Assembly: GCA_017882905.1 (NCBI GenBank)
Contig: JADGOO010000060.1
Location: forward strand, 7,316-71,315
Reading direction: 5' to 3'
DNA: 64,000 nucleotides
Origin: Acidimicrobiia bacterium
GTDB lineage: Bacteria; Actinomycetota; Acidimicrobiia; IMCC26256; PALSA-610
Shown: positions 1-9,363 of the stretch, piece by piece
How the letters are laid out: the number at the start of each line of letters is the position of its first letter
Numbering within the stretch: the first letter of the stretch is position 1
Notes under the pieces: generated by a model
The model's input: the letters and a program-made list of their open reading frames with translations, nothing else
Database searches by the model: none
What the model was told of the DNA's origin: nothing
Position numbers and translations under genes: made by a program

Positions 1-434
1 ACCCGCTGCTGCTGGCCACCCGAGAGCTGCGCAGGCTTTCGCTTCCCGAGCCCTTCGAGGCGCACGAGCGCGATCGCGTCGCCCACCCGGCGGCGCTTGT
101 CGACCTTGCTGAGTCCCTGTTGCCAGCGCAACCCGTAGGCGATGTTGTCCTCGACCGTGAGGTGCGGGAAGAGCGCGTAACTCTGGAACACAGTGTTCAC
201 GGGCCGGCGGTGCGGCGGAGTGCGCACCAGGTCGAAGCCGTCGAGGAGGATGCTCCCCGCGCTCGGTTGCTCGAAGCCGGCGATGAGCCGCAGGGTCGTG
301 GTCTTGCCACACCCTGACGGTCCGAGCAGCGAGAAGAACTCGCCCGCCGCGATCTCGAGATCGATGCCCGCGACGGCGACGAAGTCGCCGAAGCGCTTCT
401 CGAGACCGACGAGCTCGATGCGACCACCGCGCAT
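1..434 (-). CDS. ABC transporter ATP-binding protein (importer type, PotA/CysA/MalK-like); C-terminal end lies outside the window
   Basis: Absent from the ORF track because it runs off the window edge. The reverse-strand translation from 434 reads [46 protein letters not shown] (Walker A at ~297-325). The signature QLSGGQQQR is encoded at 1-29 in the same frame. An in-frame GTG at 524 is an alternative start. Confidence 0.85.
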   Translation of the reverse strand, partial: MRGGRIELVGLEKRFGDFVAVAGIDLEIAAGEFFSLLGPSGCGKTTTLRLIAGFEQPSAGSILLDGFDLVRTPPHRRPVNTVFQSYALFPHLTVEDNIAYGLRWQQGLSKVDKRRRVGDAIALVRLEGLGKRKPAQLSGGQQQR

Positions 435-574
435 GCCGGCCTGCGACTGCAGCCGCTCGGGCGCGCCGCCAGTCGGACGGTCGGGAGCTCCACCTGACTC
501 CGCGGTCCCCACGGCTTGGGCCACGCCGCATTGTACGAGAGGCTCGCGGCGCCGCAACGGCACCCGCGCGCCCA

Positions 575-603
575 TTACAGACTGACTCGTCAGTCAGTAG
601 AGT
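575..603 (+). promoter_or_regulatory. Candidate promoter with embedded operator palindrome upstream of the Rieske oxygenase gene (leaderless layout)
   Basis: TTACAG (575-580), a 17-nt spacer, then TAGAGT (598-603, fits TANNNT). The ATG at 610 lies 7 nt after the -10 element. The spacer carries a perfect inverted repeat GACTGAC-TC-GTCAGTC (580-595). Confidence 0.4.
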
Positions 604-609
604 GGCTGT

Positions 610-1797
610 ATGCGCACCGATCCGCTGGCCCGCTCCGATCTGGCGCGTGAGCTCGCGAGCCGCGCCGACATCCCGCCGGAGCGCGCCCGCACGCTCCCGG
701 GCCATTGGTACGCATCCGCCGAGCACCACGCGATCGAGATGGACCGCGTGTTCCGCCGCTCGTGGATCGGTGTCGGTCTCGACGACGACGTGCGCCCGTC
801 CGGCTCGTACCTCAGCACCACCGTCGCGGGTGTGCCAGTGCTCGTGGTGCGCGACGAACAGGGCACCTTGCGCGCGTTCCTCAACGCGTGCCGGCACCGT
901 GGCGCACCGCTCGCCGATGGCCACGGCAACGCGCGGGCGCTGCAGTGTCCGTACCACGCGTGGGTGTACCGCCTCGACGGCTCGCTGGCGCGCGCGGGTG
1001 GCGTCGGTGCACCGGAAGGCTTCGACACCGGTTGCTGCGATCTCTTCGAAGTGCGCGTCACCACGTTCGCGCGGTCGATCCTCGTCAACCTCGATCCCGA
1101 AGCACCCGACTTCGATCCCGGGCCGCTCGGCCCGGGCATCGACCCATACGACCTCGCTCGCCTCGAGGTCGTCATTCGCGATCGGTACGAGTGCGCGTGC
1201 AACTGGAAGGTGCTGCTCGAGAACTACTCGGAGAACTACCACACGCCGTTCGTGCACTCGCAGCTCCCCGCGGCCGGTTACGAGTACCCGATGCGCGAGG
1301 CGGGCCCGATCGTGTTCGCCTGGGATCGGCCACTGCAGCCACGCGACGTCTCGGAAGAAGCACTCGCCACGAGCGCTCCCGGCGAACCGGGCTGGGAGCG
1401 CGTCGCGGAGCGCAGCGCACCCGAGTCGTTCACGAACGGCGCCTACGTCACGCTGTTCCCGAACACGATGATCTCGATGTTCGCGGGGTACGCGGCCACG
1501 ATGCGACTCACGCCGACGAGCCCGACCACCACGCTCGTCGAGCGCGAGCACATGTGGGGACACGAACACGACGAGCGCCGTCGCCGGGCCGACCACGCGG
1601 CGACTCGACTCGTGGTCGATCAAGACCTCGCGATCTGCGCGGCGGTCCAGCGGACCTACGACGGCGGGATATCGGCGCACGGCGTGCTCTCCACCGAACA
1701 CGAGCGGGGCGTAGCGTACGTGCACCGTTTGCTCGTCGATGCCCTGTCGCGCGACGAGCTGCCGCGCGGCGGCGACGCGTCGCAGACATCCTTCTGA
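610..1797 (+). CDS. Rieske [2Fe-2S] aromatic-ring-hydroxylating oxygenase, alpha subunit (stand-alone)
   Basis: Rieske motif CRHRGAPL...CPYHAWVY. Catalytic-domain motif ENYSENYHTPFVH (mononuclear iron histidines). 395 aa, with no beta-subunit gene adjacent. Confidence 0.9.
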   Translation: MRTDPLARSDLARELASRADIPPERARTLPGHWYASAEHHAIEMDRVFRRSWIGVGLDDDVRPSGSYLSTTVAGVPVLVVRDEQGTLRAFLNACRHRGAPLADGHGNARALQCPYHAWVYRLDGSLARAGGVGAPEGFDTGCCDLFEVRVTTFARSILVNLDPEAPDFDPGPLGPGIDPYDLARLEVVIRDRYECACNWKVLLENYSENYHTPFVHSQLPAAGYEYPMREAGPIVFAWDRPLQPRDVSEEALATSAPGEPGWERVAERSAPESFTNGAYVTLFPNTMISMFAGYAATMRLTPTSPTTTLVEREHMWGHEHDERRRRADHAATRLVVDQDLAICAAVQRTYDGGISAHGVLSTEHERGVAYVHRLLVDALSRDELPRGGDASQTSF

Positions 1798-1915
1798 AGC
1801 GGGCCACGGCAGCAGTCCCCGATCGGCGCCGGCTGCCCGGCGCGCTCACGCCGCGGCAGTACGCTCGCCCGTCGTGCGCAAGGCCGCCACGTCGTCGAAC
1901 CGATCCCGCAGTCGC

Positions 1916-2518
1916 GTGAGCGTCGAGCAGCGACGCATCGAGATCCTCGAGGCGACGCGCCAGGTCGTGCTCGACAAGGGCTTCGGCGGCACGCGCATCA
2001 AAGATGTCGCTGATGCGCTGAACGTCTCCACAGGCCTGGTGCACTACCACTTCGCGTCGAAGGACGAGCTGCTCGCCGAGACGATGCGCTACGCGGCCGA
2101 CGCCGACATCCGCCGCCTGGAGAAGAGCGTCGCGGCAGGCTCAGACCCAGTGGAACGAATCGACCGGGTGCTCCGCGAGTATCTGCCCGGCCCGCGTGAC
2201 CAGAGCTGGACGCTGTGGATCGATGCGTGGGGAGAGGCGCTGCGCAACGCGACGCTGCGCGAGATCTCCGAAGAGCTCGATCAGGCGTGGGTGGCGCTGC
2301 TCGAGCGAGTGATCCGCGACGGGGTCACCGCGCGGCGGTTCCGTACCGACGATCCCGCCGGTTCGGCGTGGCGCCTCGCCGCGCTCATGGACGGGCTCGG
2401 CCTCCAGGTGCTGTTGCACCGATCCACGATGAGCCGCGCCAAGATGCTGGAGCACACGCGCACCTTCGCAGCCGTCGAGCTCGGCCTGCACCGAGACGAC
2501 CTCCCGTCACGCCGGTGA
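1916..2518 (+). CDS. TetR/AcrR family transcriptional regulator
   Basis: The N-terminal HTH reads RRIEILEATRQVVLDKGFGGTRIKDVADALNVSTGLVHYHFASKDELL. The ORF-track start at 1739 overlaps the upstream gene. In-frame GTG codons at 1916 (preferred) or 1874 give a typical TetR N-terminus. Confidence 0.85.
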   Translation: MSVEQRRIEILEATRQVVLDKGFGGTRIKDVADALNVSTGLVHYHFASKDELLAETMRYAADADIRRLEKSVAAGSDPVERIDRVLREYLPGPRDQSWTLWIDAWGEALRNATLREISEELDQAWVALLERVIRDGVTARRFRTDDPAGSAWRLAALMDGLGLQVLLHRSTMSRAKMLEHTRTFAAVELGLHRDDLPSRR

Positions 2519-2551
2519 CCGAACACGGCCGGCGCGGCCGCGTGCCTCGCG

Positions 2552-3217
2552 TCAGGCGCTGACCGCTGGATCGGCGAAGACCGCGCCGTAGAAGTCGCGG
2601 AGTGCTTCGCCGTCGAGCTGCACGGCGAAGCCGTTCACGTCGTGGCTGATCCGCAGGCTGGGACAGAACCACGCATGATCGTCGACGAAGAAGTGCGGAG
2701 AGCCCTGCGCGCCGCGACGACGGCCTTCCTCCCAATCGCGGTAGACCATCTCGATCGAGGCCTCGGTCGACATCGGTTGCACGCTGAACGGCCCGCCGAT
2801 CTTCCAGAGCACCTGGTGATCGGTGATGTCGAGACCCTCTTCGAACAGCGCACGGCGGATGGCGAGACTGACGCCTTCGCCGGCAACGACGCTGCGTTGG
2901 TACGCCGCGGCCGCAAGACCGAACGCGGCAATCGAGCTCTCGGGCATGAGCTCCGCAGAGAACCCCCGGAACAGATCCGGCGCGATCTCGGCTCGGAGGG
3001 CGGCGACCTCCTGCGCGACGAGACGCCCGTCGAGCGGCCGGCCGTTCACGAGCTCGAGGGGCCACGACCGCACCACCAGCCGCGGACCCGCCAACGCGCG
3101 TCGCGTGCGCTCGGCAACGAGGCGGTGCAAACCCACGTGCGTGAACGGACAGGTGATCTCAGCGAACACGTCGACGCTGCGCTCGGGCTGGTTCACAGCG
3201 TTGCTGCCTCCGATCAC
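2552..3217 (-). CDS. DsbA-family thioredoxin-fold protein (2-hydroxychromene-2-carboxylate isomerase-like)
   Basis: N-terminal VDVFAEITCPFTHVGL has a single-Cys CPFT in place of CxxC. Length and C-terminal GSPHFFV are typical of DSBA-like oxidoreductase/isomerase proteins. Confidence 0.7.
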   Translation of the reverse strand: MIGGSNAVNQPERSVDVFAEITCPFTHVGLHRLVAERTRRALAGPRLVVRSWPLELVNGRPLDGRLVAQEVAALRAEIAPDLFRGFSAELMPESSIAAFGLAAAAYQRSVVAGEGVSLAIRRALFEEGLDITDHQVLWKIGGPFSVQPMSTEASIEMVYRDWEEGRRRGAQGSPHFFVDDHAWFCPSLRISHDVNGFAVQLDGEALRDFYGAVFADPAVSA

Positions 3218-3382
3218 CGGCGGTGCCGCCGGCGCTGCGCACGACGGTACCGCCCCGCGGCGCGCACCGGCCGTCCCGCTCCCTCGCTAAGTGACCTTCG
3301 ACCCTCGTGGCGCGTGCACGGCTCTCGTCATGCTGAATCCAGCACGACGAAGTCCGCGACCGATGCGCCGACGGTGGTTCCA

Positions 3383-3469
3383 ATGCCCACGACACACGCC
3401 TCCGCGAGCCCGCTGCTCGACGCGGTGCTCAACTTGTCGCGATGCCATCGGGAACACGAAGAGTTCTAG
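3383..3469 (+). pseudogene. Short ORF ending in TAG, in frame with the downstream 3494..5281 ORF; possibly a disrupted N-terminus
   Basis: ATG at 3383 gives MPTTHASASPLLDAVLNLSRCHREHEEF, then TAG (3467-3469). The same frame continues ATEPRETAVRLQRHARTLLALADRW... without another stop until 5281. Confidence 0.3.
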
Positions 3470-3493
3470 GCGACCGAGCCGCGCGAGACCGCA

Positions 3494-5281
3494 GTGCGCC
3501 TCCAGCGCCACGCGCGCACACTGCTCGCCCTCGCCGATCGGTGGTCGGCCGCCGTCGACGGGCCGGCACCGGCACCGGCAATTGCCAACGACTGGCTGGC
3601 GGCCAACATGAGCGTGCTCGCGGCGCGCATCTTGCACCGGGCCGTGTCGGTCCTCGACCAGGTCGACTTCACGCCCGGACCACCGAGTCGTCCCGCTCGG
3701 AACCAGCTGGCGGCCCTCGGCCTTGCGCAGCAACGAACCTCGTTGGAACTGCAGCAGAAGATGCAGCGTGTCGCGTTCATCGCCGACCAGTCGCGGGGGC
3801 TGCTGATCCGCCACGAACCTGATGCTCGAGCGCACTCCGCAGACGCTCCTTGCACTACGTGCACGGCCCGAGTGCACGCGACGGCACCACGCGAGGATGC
3901 CGACAGGAGACCATCGAGTGTCGGGACCTTTGGCACCATGATGGCGGTGAGCATCTTGCACACCACATGCGGTGGTCGTGCGTCGCTGCGGATGGAGACG
4001 AGGAAGCACATGGATTCCGACCTGTTCGCAACCGAAGACGCGAGCCGCCACGTCCACGAACAGGTGCTCCGGTCCGTTCGCGAGATCAGCGACGCGGGAC
4101 GGGTCGACGCCGCGCTCGCGCAACACGAACGCCGGCGGTCTCAGTCGCAGCGGCTCGAAAGCCTCGGTCAGCTCGCCGGCGGGATCGTGCACGACTTCAA
4201 CAACCTGCTCATGGTGATCACGTTCAGCGTCGACTTCCTGCGCGACGCCATTGCCGCGCTCGATGTCCCCGAAGCCGTGCGCGCCGACCTCACGTCGAAC
4301 CTCGACCACATCGACAACGCCGCGACGAGCTCGGCCACCCTGACAAGCCAGCTCCTGTCGTTCAGTCGCTCCGAGCCGATGCGCATCGAATCGCTCGACC
4401 TGAACGAACGGGTCAGTCACATCGAGGCGCTGTTGCGTCCTTCGATCGAGGAGAGCGTCGAGCTCGTGGTCGACCTCACACCCGGATTGCCGCCGGTCGC
4501 GGCCGACCGTGGACGCTTCGATCAGCTCGTCGTGAACCTCGTGGTGAACGCTCGCGACGCGCTCCCCGATGGTGGTCGCGTGCGCATCGCGACGTCGCTC
4601 GTCGACGACACGGATCGCGTGCGTGTGGAGATCGCCGATAATGGAACCGGCATGTCGGCCGAAGTGCGCGGCCGGGCATTCGACCCGTTCTTCACGACCA
4701 AGGGTGCGGGTCGGGGCACCGGCCTCGGTCTCGCAACCGTGTACAGCATCGTGACCGATCTGGGTGGCACCATCGCCATCGATTCCACGCTCGGCGTGGG
4801 CACGCGCGTGATCGTCTGCCTTCCGATCGCAGACTCGGCGCCACACTCGGCTCCGATCACGACGGCCCGTCGCGGGCACGGCGAACGTGTGCTGCTCGCC
4901 GAGGACCACGACGACGTGCGGACCTCGTTCGCGGCGATGTTGCGTCGTTCCGGCTACACCGTCGTGGCCGTGTCGAGCGGGGAAGCAGCACTCGACGCGT
5001 CGGGCGCGACCGAGTTCGATCTACTGATCACCGACATCGTGATACCCGGCATGTCGGGACGTCGCTTGGCCGAGCGGCTCCGTACCGTGAGTCCCGGGCT
5101 GCCCGTGATGTATCTGTCGGGCCACGCTCGCCATCTTGTCGACGCAACCGAAGACGAACACGGGAGGGCGGTCACCATCGCGAAGCCGGTCGCGCGAGTG
5201 CAACTGCTGCGCCACGTGCGGGCGCTGCTCGATACCCGCCCCGGGATCGTCAGCGATACGCGAGTCCGCACGGCACCGTGA
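3494..5281 (+). CDS. Hybrid sensor histidine kinase/response regulator (HisKA + HATPase_c + REC)
   Basis: H-box LESLGQLAGGIVHDFNNLLMVI. N, G1 and G2 boxes VNARDAL, DNGTGM, GTGLGLATV. C-terminal receiver RVLLAEDHDDV...DLLITDIVIPGMSG. No TM segments. The start is uncertain: GTG at 3494 (ORF track), or ATG at 4010 preceded by GAGGAAG, which would remove the uncharacterised 172-aa N-terminal region. Confidence 0.85.
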   Translation: MRLQRHARTLLALADRWSAAVDGPAPAPAIANDWLAANMSVLAARILHRAVSVLDQVDFTPGPPSRPARNQLAALGLAQQRTSLELQQKMQRVAFIADQSRGLLIRHEPDARAHSADAPCTTCTARVHATAPREDADRRPSSVGTFGTMMAVSILHTTCGGRASLRMETRKHMDSDLFATEDASRHVHEQVLRSVREISDAGRVDAALAQHERRRSQSQRLESLGQLAGGIVHDFNNLLMVITFSVDFLRDAIAALDVPEAVRADLTSNLDHIDNAATSSATLTSQLLSFSRSEPMRIESLDLNERVSHIEALLRPSIEESVELVVDLTPGLPPVAADRGRFDQLVVNLVVNARDALPDGGRVRIATSLVDDTDRVRVEIADNGTGMSAEVRGRAFDPFFTTKGAGRGTGLGLATVYSIVTDLGGTIAIDSTLGVGTRVIVCLPIADSAPHSAPITTARRGHGERVLLAEDHDDVRTSFAAMLRRSGYTVVAVSSGEAALDASGATEFDLLITDIVIPGMSGRRLAERLRTVSPGLPVMYLSGHARHLVDATEDEHGRAVTIAKPVARVQLLRHVRALLDTRPGIVSDTRVRTAP

Positions 5282-5326
5282 GCAAGAAACGAGAGCGCGC
5301 CGCAACCTGGTGATTAGCGTGCCGAC

Positions 5327-6832
5327 GTGTCGCGCGTGCCGACAGAGCTCTCGGTCGACGGTCTCGCGCTGCACAGTGCGAAAGGACGCGTCGCGCTCGT
5401 CGCGACTGTCGCCGCGAGCGCCATGGCGAGCCTCGACGCGACGGTCGTCAACGTGGCGCTGCCCCGCATCGGCAGGGAGTTCGGCGTGGCGGTCAGCGCG
5501 CTGCAGTGGGTCCTGACCGGGTACCTCCTCGCGCTCTCGTCACTCATCCTGCTCGGTGGCGCACTCGGCGACCGCTACGGCCGGCGCACGATCTTCGTGA
5601 TCGGGACGGTGTGGTTCGCAGTCGCCTCGCTGGGCTGTGCGGTCGCGCCCAACATCGAGGTGCTCATCGCGGCACGGATCCTCCAAGGCATCGGTGGCGC
5701 CCTGCTCACACCGGGCAGCCTGGCCATCTTGCAGGCGAGCTTTCGCGAGTCAGACCGGGCGGCCGCCGTCGGAGCCTGGTCGGGATTGGGCGGCGTAGCC
5801 GGTGCGCTCGGCCCGTTCGTCGGCGGCATCCTCGTCGACGGCCCCGGCTGGCGGTGGGCGTTCCTCATCAACCTGCCGGTTGCGGCTCTGGCCGTCGTCT
5901 GCGCGCGTTCGGCAGTACCCGAGACGCGCGACCCGAATGCGCAGCGGCGTCTCGACATCGGCGGCGCGGCGCTGGCGGCGCTGGCGCTTGCGGCGAGCAC
6001 GTGGGCGCTCACCGAAGCCGGGCCCCGGGGCTGGACCGATGCCACCGTGCTCGGCGCGGCGGCGATCGCCTTCATGGCGATCGCCGCGTTCGTGGCGCGC
6101 ATGTTGCGCGCCGAGAACCCGCTCGTTCCACCCGCACTGTTCCGAAACCGCACGTTCACGGTCGTCAACCTCGCCACCGTGCTGCTCTACGGCGCGATCG
6201 GCGTGTCGTTCTTCCTCGTCGCCTACGAGCTCCAGGTCGCGACCGGATGGTCGGCGCTCCAGGCCGGTGTCGCGCTGTTGCCGACCACGCTGTTGATGTT
6301 CTCGCTCTCGGCCGCGTCCGGCGCGCTCGGCCAGCGCATCGGACCACGCTTCCAGCTCACGGTCGGGCCGCTCGTCGCGGGCGCCGGCCTCGTCCTGTTG
6401 GCCCGCATCGGGCCGGACGCGTCGTGGCTCACGCAGGTGCTGCCAGGATCGCTGGTGTTCGGCCTTGGCCTCGTCTCGTTCGTCGCGCCGCTGACCGCCA
6501 CCGTGATGGCGGCCGCCGATCCCGATCATGTGAGCGTTGCGTCGGGCGTGAACAACGCGATCGCACGCGCCGCCGGCCTGGCCTCGCTCGCCGTCATTCC
6601 CGTGGTGTCGGGGCTCTCATCGGCGAACGGACCCGTGCAGGTGACGCACTCGTTTCGCGTCGCGCTCGTGATCGCAGCGTGCACGGCGGTGTCGGCCGGG
6701 CCGCTTGCGTTCATCGGTCTCGGACCGCGACTGCACACCGTGCGCAGCGCCCGCCGCATGCATTGCGCGGTCGACGGCACGCCGTTGCAACCCGATCCGG
6801 CTCGCTGCCCGGTCGACGCGGCTGCCCGCTGA
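5327..6832 (+). CDS. MFS transporter, DHA2 (EmrB/QacA, 14-TMS) drug:H+ antiporter family
   Basis: LDATVVNVALPRIGREFG...LQWVLTGYLLALSSLILLGGALGDRYGRR is the classic DHA2 N-terminal motif. Multiple hydrophobic segments across 501 aa. Confidence 0.9.
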   Translation: MSRVPTELSVDGLALHSAKGRVALVATVAASAMASLDATVVNVALPRIGREFGVAVSALQWVLTGYLLALSSLILLGGALGDRYGRRTIFVIGTVWFAVASLGCAVAPNIEVLIAARILQGIGGALLTPGSLAILQASFRESDRAAAVGAWSGLGGVAGALGPFVGGILVDGPGWRWAFLINLPVAALAVVCARSAVPETRDPNAQRRLDIGGAALAALALAASTWALTEAGPRGWTDATVLGAAAIAFMAIAAFVARMLRAENPLVPPALFRNRTFTVVNLATVLLYGAIGVSFFLVAYELQVATGWSALQAGVALLPTTLLMFSLSAASGALGQRIGPRFQLTVGPLVAGAGLVLLARIGPDASWLTQVLPGSLVFGLGLVSFVAPLTATVMAAADPDHVSVASGVNNAIARAAGLASLAVIPVVSGLSSANGPVQVTHSFRVALVIAACTAVSAGPLAFIGLGPRLHTVRSARRMHCAVDGTPLQPDPARCPVDAAAR

Positions 6833-6835
6833 TCG

Positions 6836-7879
6836 TCAGCTCCGCGTGAGCACGACCTTGAGGGCGCCGGTCTCGGCCGCGCGGCCGAACACGTCGTAGG
6901 CCTCCATGAAGTCGTTCAGAGCGAAGTGGTGCGTGACGAAGCGACCCGCTTCGACCTGGTGGCCACTGCTGAGCTTCAGCAGCGTTGGCGTGGAATAGGT
7001 GTCGACGAGGCCGGTCGTGATCGTCACGTTGCGGATCCAGAGCGACTCGAGGTGCAACGTGGCCGGTTCACCGTGCACACCGATGTTCGCGATGTGGCCG
7101 CCGGGCCGCACGAGCTCTGTGGCGAGCTCGAAGGTCGCGGGCACGCCCACCGCCTCGATGGCGACGTCGGCGCCCAGCCCGTCGGTGAGCGCGGCGATGG
7201 CAGCCATCGGGTCTTCGCGGCCGTTGTTCACGACCACGTCGGCACCGAACTGCTTCGCCGCTTCGAGCCGCGAATCGGCCTTGTCGATGGCCACGATGTG
7301 CGCCGGACTGAACAGCTTGGAGCCCATGATCGCGGCGAGGCCGATCGGGCCTGCGCCCACGACTGCAACCACGTCCCCGGGCTGAACCTTGCCGTTGAGG
7401 ACACCGACTTCGTAGCCCGTTGGCAGGATGTCGGCGAGCATCAACAGGTCTTCGTCGCTCATGCCGGCCGGCGCCTTGTGCGTGGACGTGTCGGCGAACG
7501 GTACGCGCACGTACTCCGCCTGCGTGCCGTCGATCTTGTGGCCGAGGATCCAGCCACCGCCACCGAGGCACTGTCCGTAGCTGCCTTCACGACAGAAGCG
7601 GCACGCGCCACAGGCGGTGATGCATGACACGAGCACCTTGTCGCCGACGCGAACGTTCTTCACGCCCGAACCGACCTGCTCGACAGTGCCGACTGCCTCG
7701 TGACCGAGGATGCGGCCGTCGGTGACGGCGGGGACGTCACCCTTCAAGATGTGCAGGTCGGTCCCGCAGATGGTCACTGCGTCGACCTGCACGATGGCGT
7801 CGGTGTCGGCCAGGATGGTCGGCTTCGGCACCTCTTCCCACGCCTTGTTGCCCGGACCGTGATAGACGAGCGCGCGCAT
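6836..7879 (-). CDS. Zn-dependent alcohol dehydrogenase (medium-chain dehydrogenase/reductase)
   Basis: Catalytic-zinc motif GHEAVGTVEQVGSGV. Structural-zinc cysteines CGACRFCREGSYGQC. Rossmann motif VAVVGAGPIGL. GGAGG RBS 7 nt upstream. Confidence 0.93.
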   Translation of the reverse strand: MRALVYHGPGNKAWEEVPKPTILADTDAIVQVDAVTICGTDLHILKGDVPAVTDGRILGHEAVGTVEQVGSGVKNVRVGDKVLVSCITACGACRFCREGSYGQCLGGGGWILGHKIDGTQAEYVRVPFADTSTHKAPAGMSDEDLLMLADILPTGYEVGVLNGKVQPGDVVAVVGAGPIGLAAIMGSKLFSPAHIVAIDKADSRLEAAKQFGADVVVNNGREDPMAAIAALTDGLGADVAIEAVGVPATFELATELVRPGGHIANIGVHGEPATLHLESLWIRNVTITTGLVDTYSTPTLLKLSSGHQVEAGRFVTHHFALNDFMEAYDVFGRAAETGALKVVLTRS

Positions 7880-7952
7880 AGCGACCTCCGAGGTCTCAGA
7901 TCTCGATAGGTCGACCGTACGAAGCCGGGCGCCGATCAGACAGAGGACAAGG

Positions 7953-8882
7953 TCACTTCGCCGTTGTGCGCAACCCGAGCGTGGGTCCGAGCACCACGAA
8001 CGCGGTCACGACCTCCAACGCTTCGACGCCGCCCCACGCGATGGCACCGGCGAAGGTGGCCTCGGCGTGCGCCATCGAGCCCAGCGCAGCCACGATCGCG
8101 ACGACTGCACAGACGACGACCGGTCGGTGCTGAACGAGTCGCACCGTCGATTCGCCGGCGCCGAGCGCTCCGGCGCGGGCAGCGGCATCCGTGTCGTCAT
8201 CGCCACCCGCGGCGGTCGACTCGACTCGAAGCTCGCGTCGGTGCGCCGACGCGACCACGACGAGCGTCACCAGCGCAGCCAACGTCATGAGCACGCCACC
8301 GCCCACACCGGCGACCATTCGCGTGTGGGGACGCCCGATCACGACCTTGGCGAGCGCCGCGGTCCAACCGACGGCGGCCAGCGTCAAGCCACCCGCTGCC
8401 ACCACCGCCGCGCGGCTGATGAGCGCGCGCTCGGTGGCGGGCGCGTTCGTGCTGCGCCAGTGCGCGGCCGCCAACGACGCCGCGCGCGCACCCGCGACCA
8501 CTGCGATCTGAAGGCCGAGCACAGCCAGGAAGAAGGAGATCCGTGTGAGCGGCGCGGCCGTGCCACGCACCGCGGGTCGCGGTTGTGTGACCGCGGCGAT
8601 GAGGAACGCGACGACCACCGTGAGCCCGGTCGCGGCGACGAGCACCGGGATGCGACGGGCCGTCGTGGTGGCGGTCTGCGCGTCGAGCTGCCGCGCGATG
8701 TCGCCGGCGCGACCGAAGGCCGCAATCGCCTGCTCAACGGCGACGCCGCGAGCGAGCCCGCGCGATTCCAGATCGGCGACCGCGTCGGTGAGGTGGTCGT
8801 GCACCTCTTCGATGATGCGGGCGCGCGCCGCGTGGCTCACGTGCAGCCCGGCGGCCAGCTCGTCGAGGTAGGCGTCGATCAT
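7953..8882 (-). CDS. Membrane protein with N-terminal DUF1700/HAAS-like helical domain (PadR-associated sensor)
   Basis: Starts MIDAYLDELAAGLHVSHAARARIIEEVHDHLTDAVADLESRG, followed by about 5 hydrophobic segments. Its ATG overlaps the PadR stop (ATGA at 8879-8882). The ORF-track extension to 9224 overlaps PadR in another frame. Confidence 0.7.
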   Translation of the reverse strand: MIDAYLDELAAGLHVSHAARARIIEEVHDHLTDAVADLESRGLARGVAVEQAIAAFGRAGDIARQLDAQTATTTARRIPVLVAATGLTVVVAFLIAAVTQPRPAVRGTAAPLTRISFFLAVLGLQIAVVAGARAASLAAAHWRSTNAPATERALISRAAVVAAGGLTLAAVGWTAALAKVVIGRPHTRMVAGVGGGVLMTLAALVTLVVVASAHRRELRVESTAAGGDDDTDAAARAGALGAGESTVRLVQHRPVVVCAVVAIVAALGSMAHAEATFAGAIAWGGVEALEVVTAFVVLGPTLGLRTTAK

Positions 8883-9205
8883 GCGGAGCTCGCCGCCAAG
8901 ATCGCGTTGACCGCCGACGAGAACCGCGTCCACTCCCGCCGTCGCGCCGCGAGCGCGGTCCGCCCGCGGCGCGCGAGGCGGTAGACCCGCCGTTCGCGAC
9001 CGCCCACGACCTCGCGCACGCTCGTGAGCAGACCGAGCCGCTCGAGGCGGTGGAGCGCCGGGTACACCGTTCCCTCGGGAAGGTCGAACACGTCGCCGCT
9101 GCGCAGCCGCAGCTGTTCGATGATCGCGTATCCGTGCCGAGGGCCGTCTTCGAGGACAGCCAGCACGAGTGGATCGAGGTGGCCCTTGATCTGCTCGGTG
9201 CTCAT
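8879..9205 (-). CDS. PadR family transcriptional regulator
   Basis: MSTEQIKGHLDPLVLAVLEDGPRHGYAIIEQLRLRSGDVFDLPEGTVYPALHRLERLGLL is a canonical PadR winged helix. Confidence 0.92.
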   Translation of the reverse strand: MSTEQIKGHLDPLVLAVLEDGPRHGYAIIEQLRLRSGDVFDLPEGTVYPALHRLERLGLLTSVREVVGGRERRVYRLARRGRTALAARRREWTRFSSAVNAILAASSA

Positions 9206-9363
9206 ACCTAGAGAACCTAAGCATAGGAGACCGAGGCTCGCCAGGTCGCGGTGAGATTCTTCACAGCTTCGCCACACTCCGGCACCATGAAGGGCACGGG
9301 TGCGCACATCCCGCCACGGGCGTAGCGTCTCGTTGCCGGCCCGCGCCGAACCAAGGAGCCACC

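Noticed and set aside
3287-4909. 540-aa ORF on the minus strand covering the histidine kinase region
   Set aside because: It is Arg/Gly/His-rich and low in complexity, with no recognisable motif. It lies antisense to a plus-strand frame that carries clear HisKA, HATPase and REC motifs. This is the typical shadow ORF of a high-GC genome.
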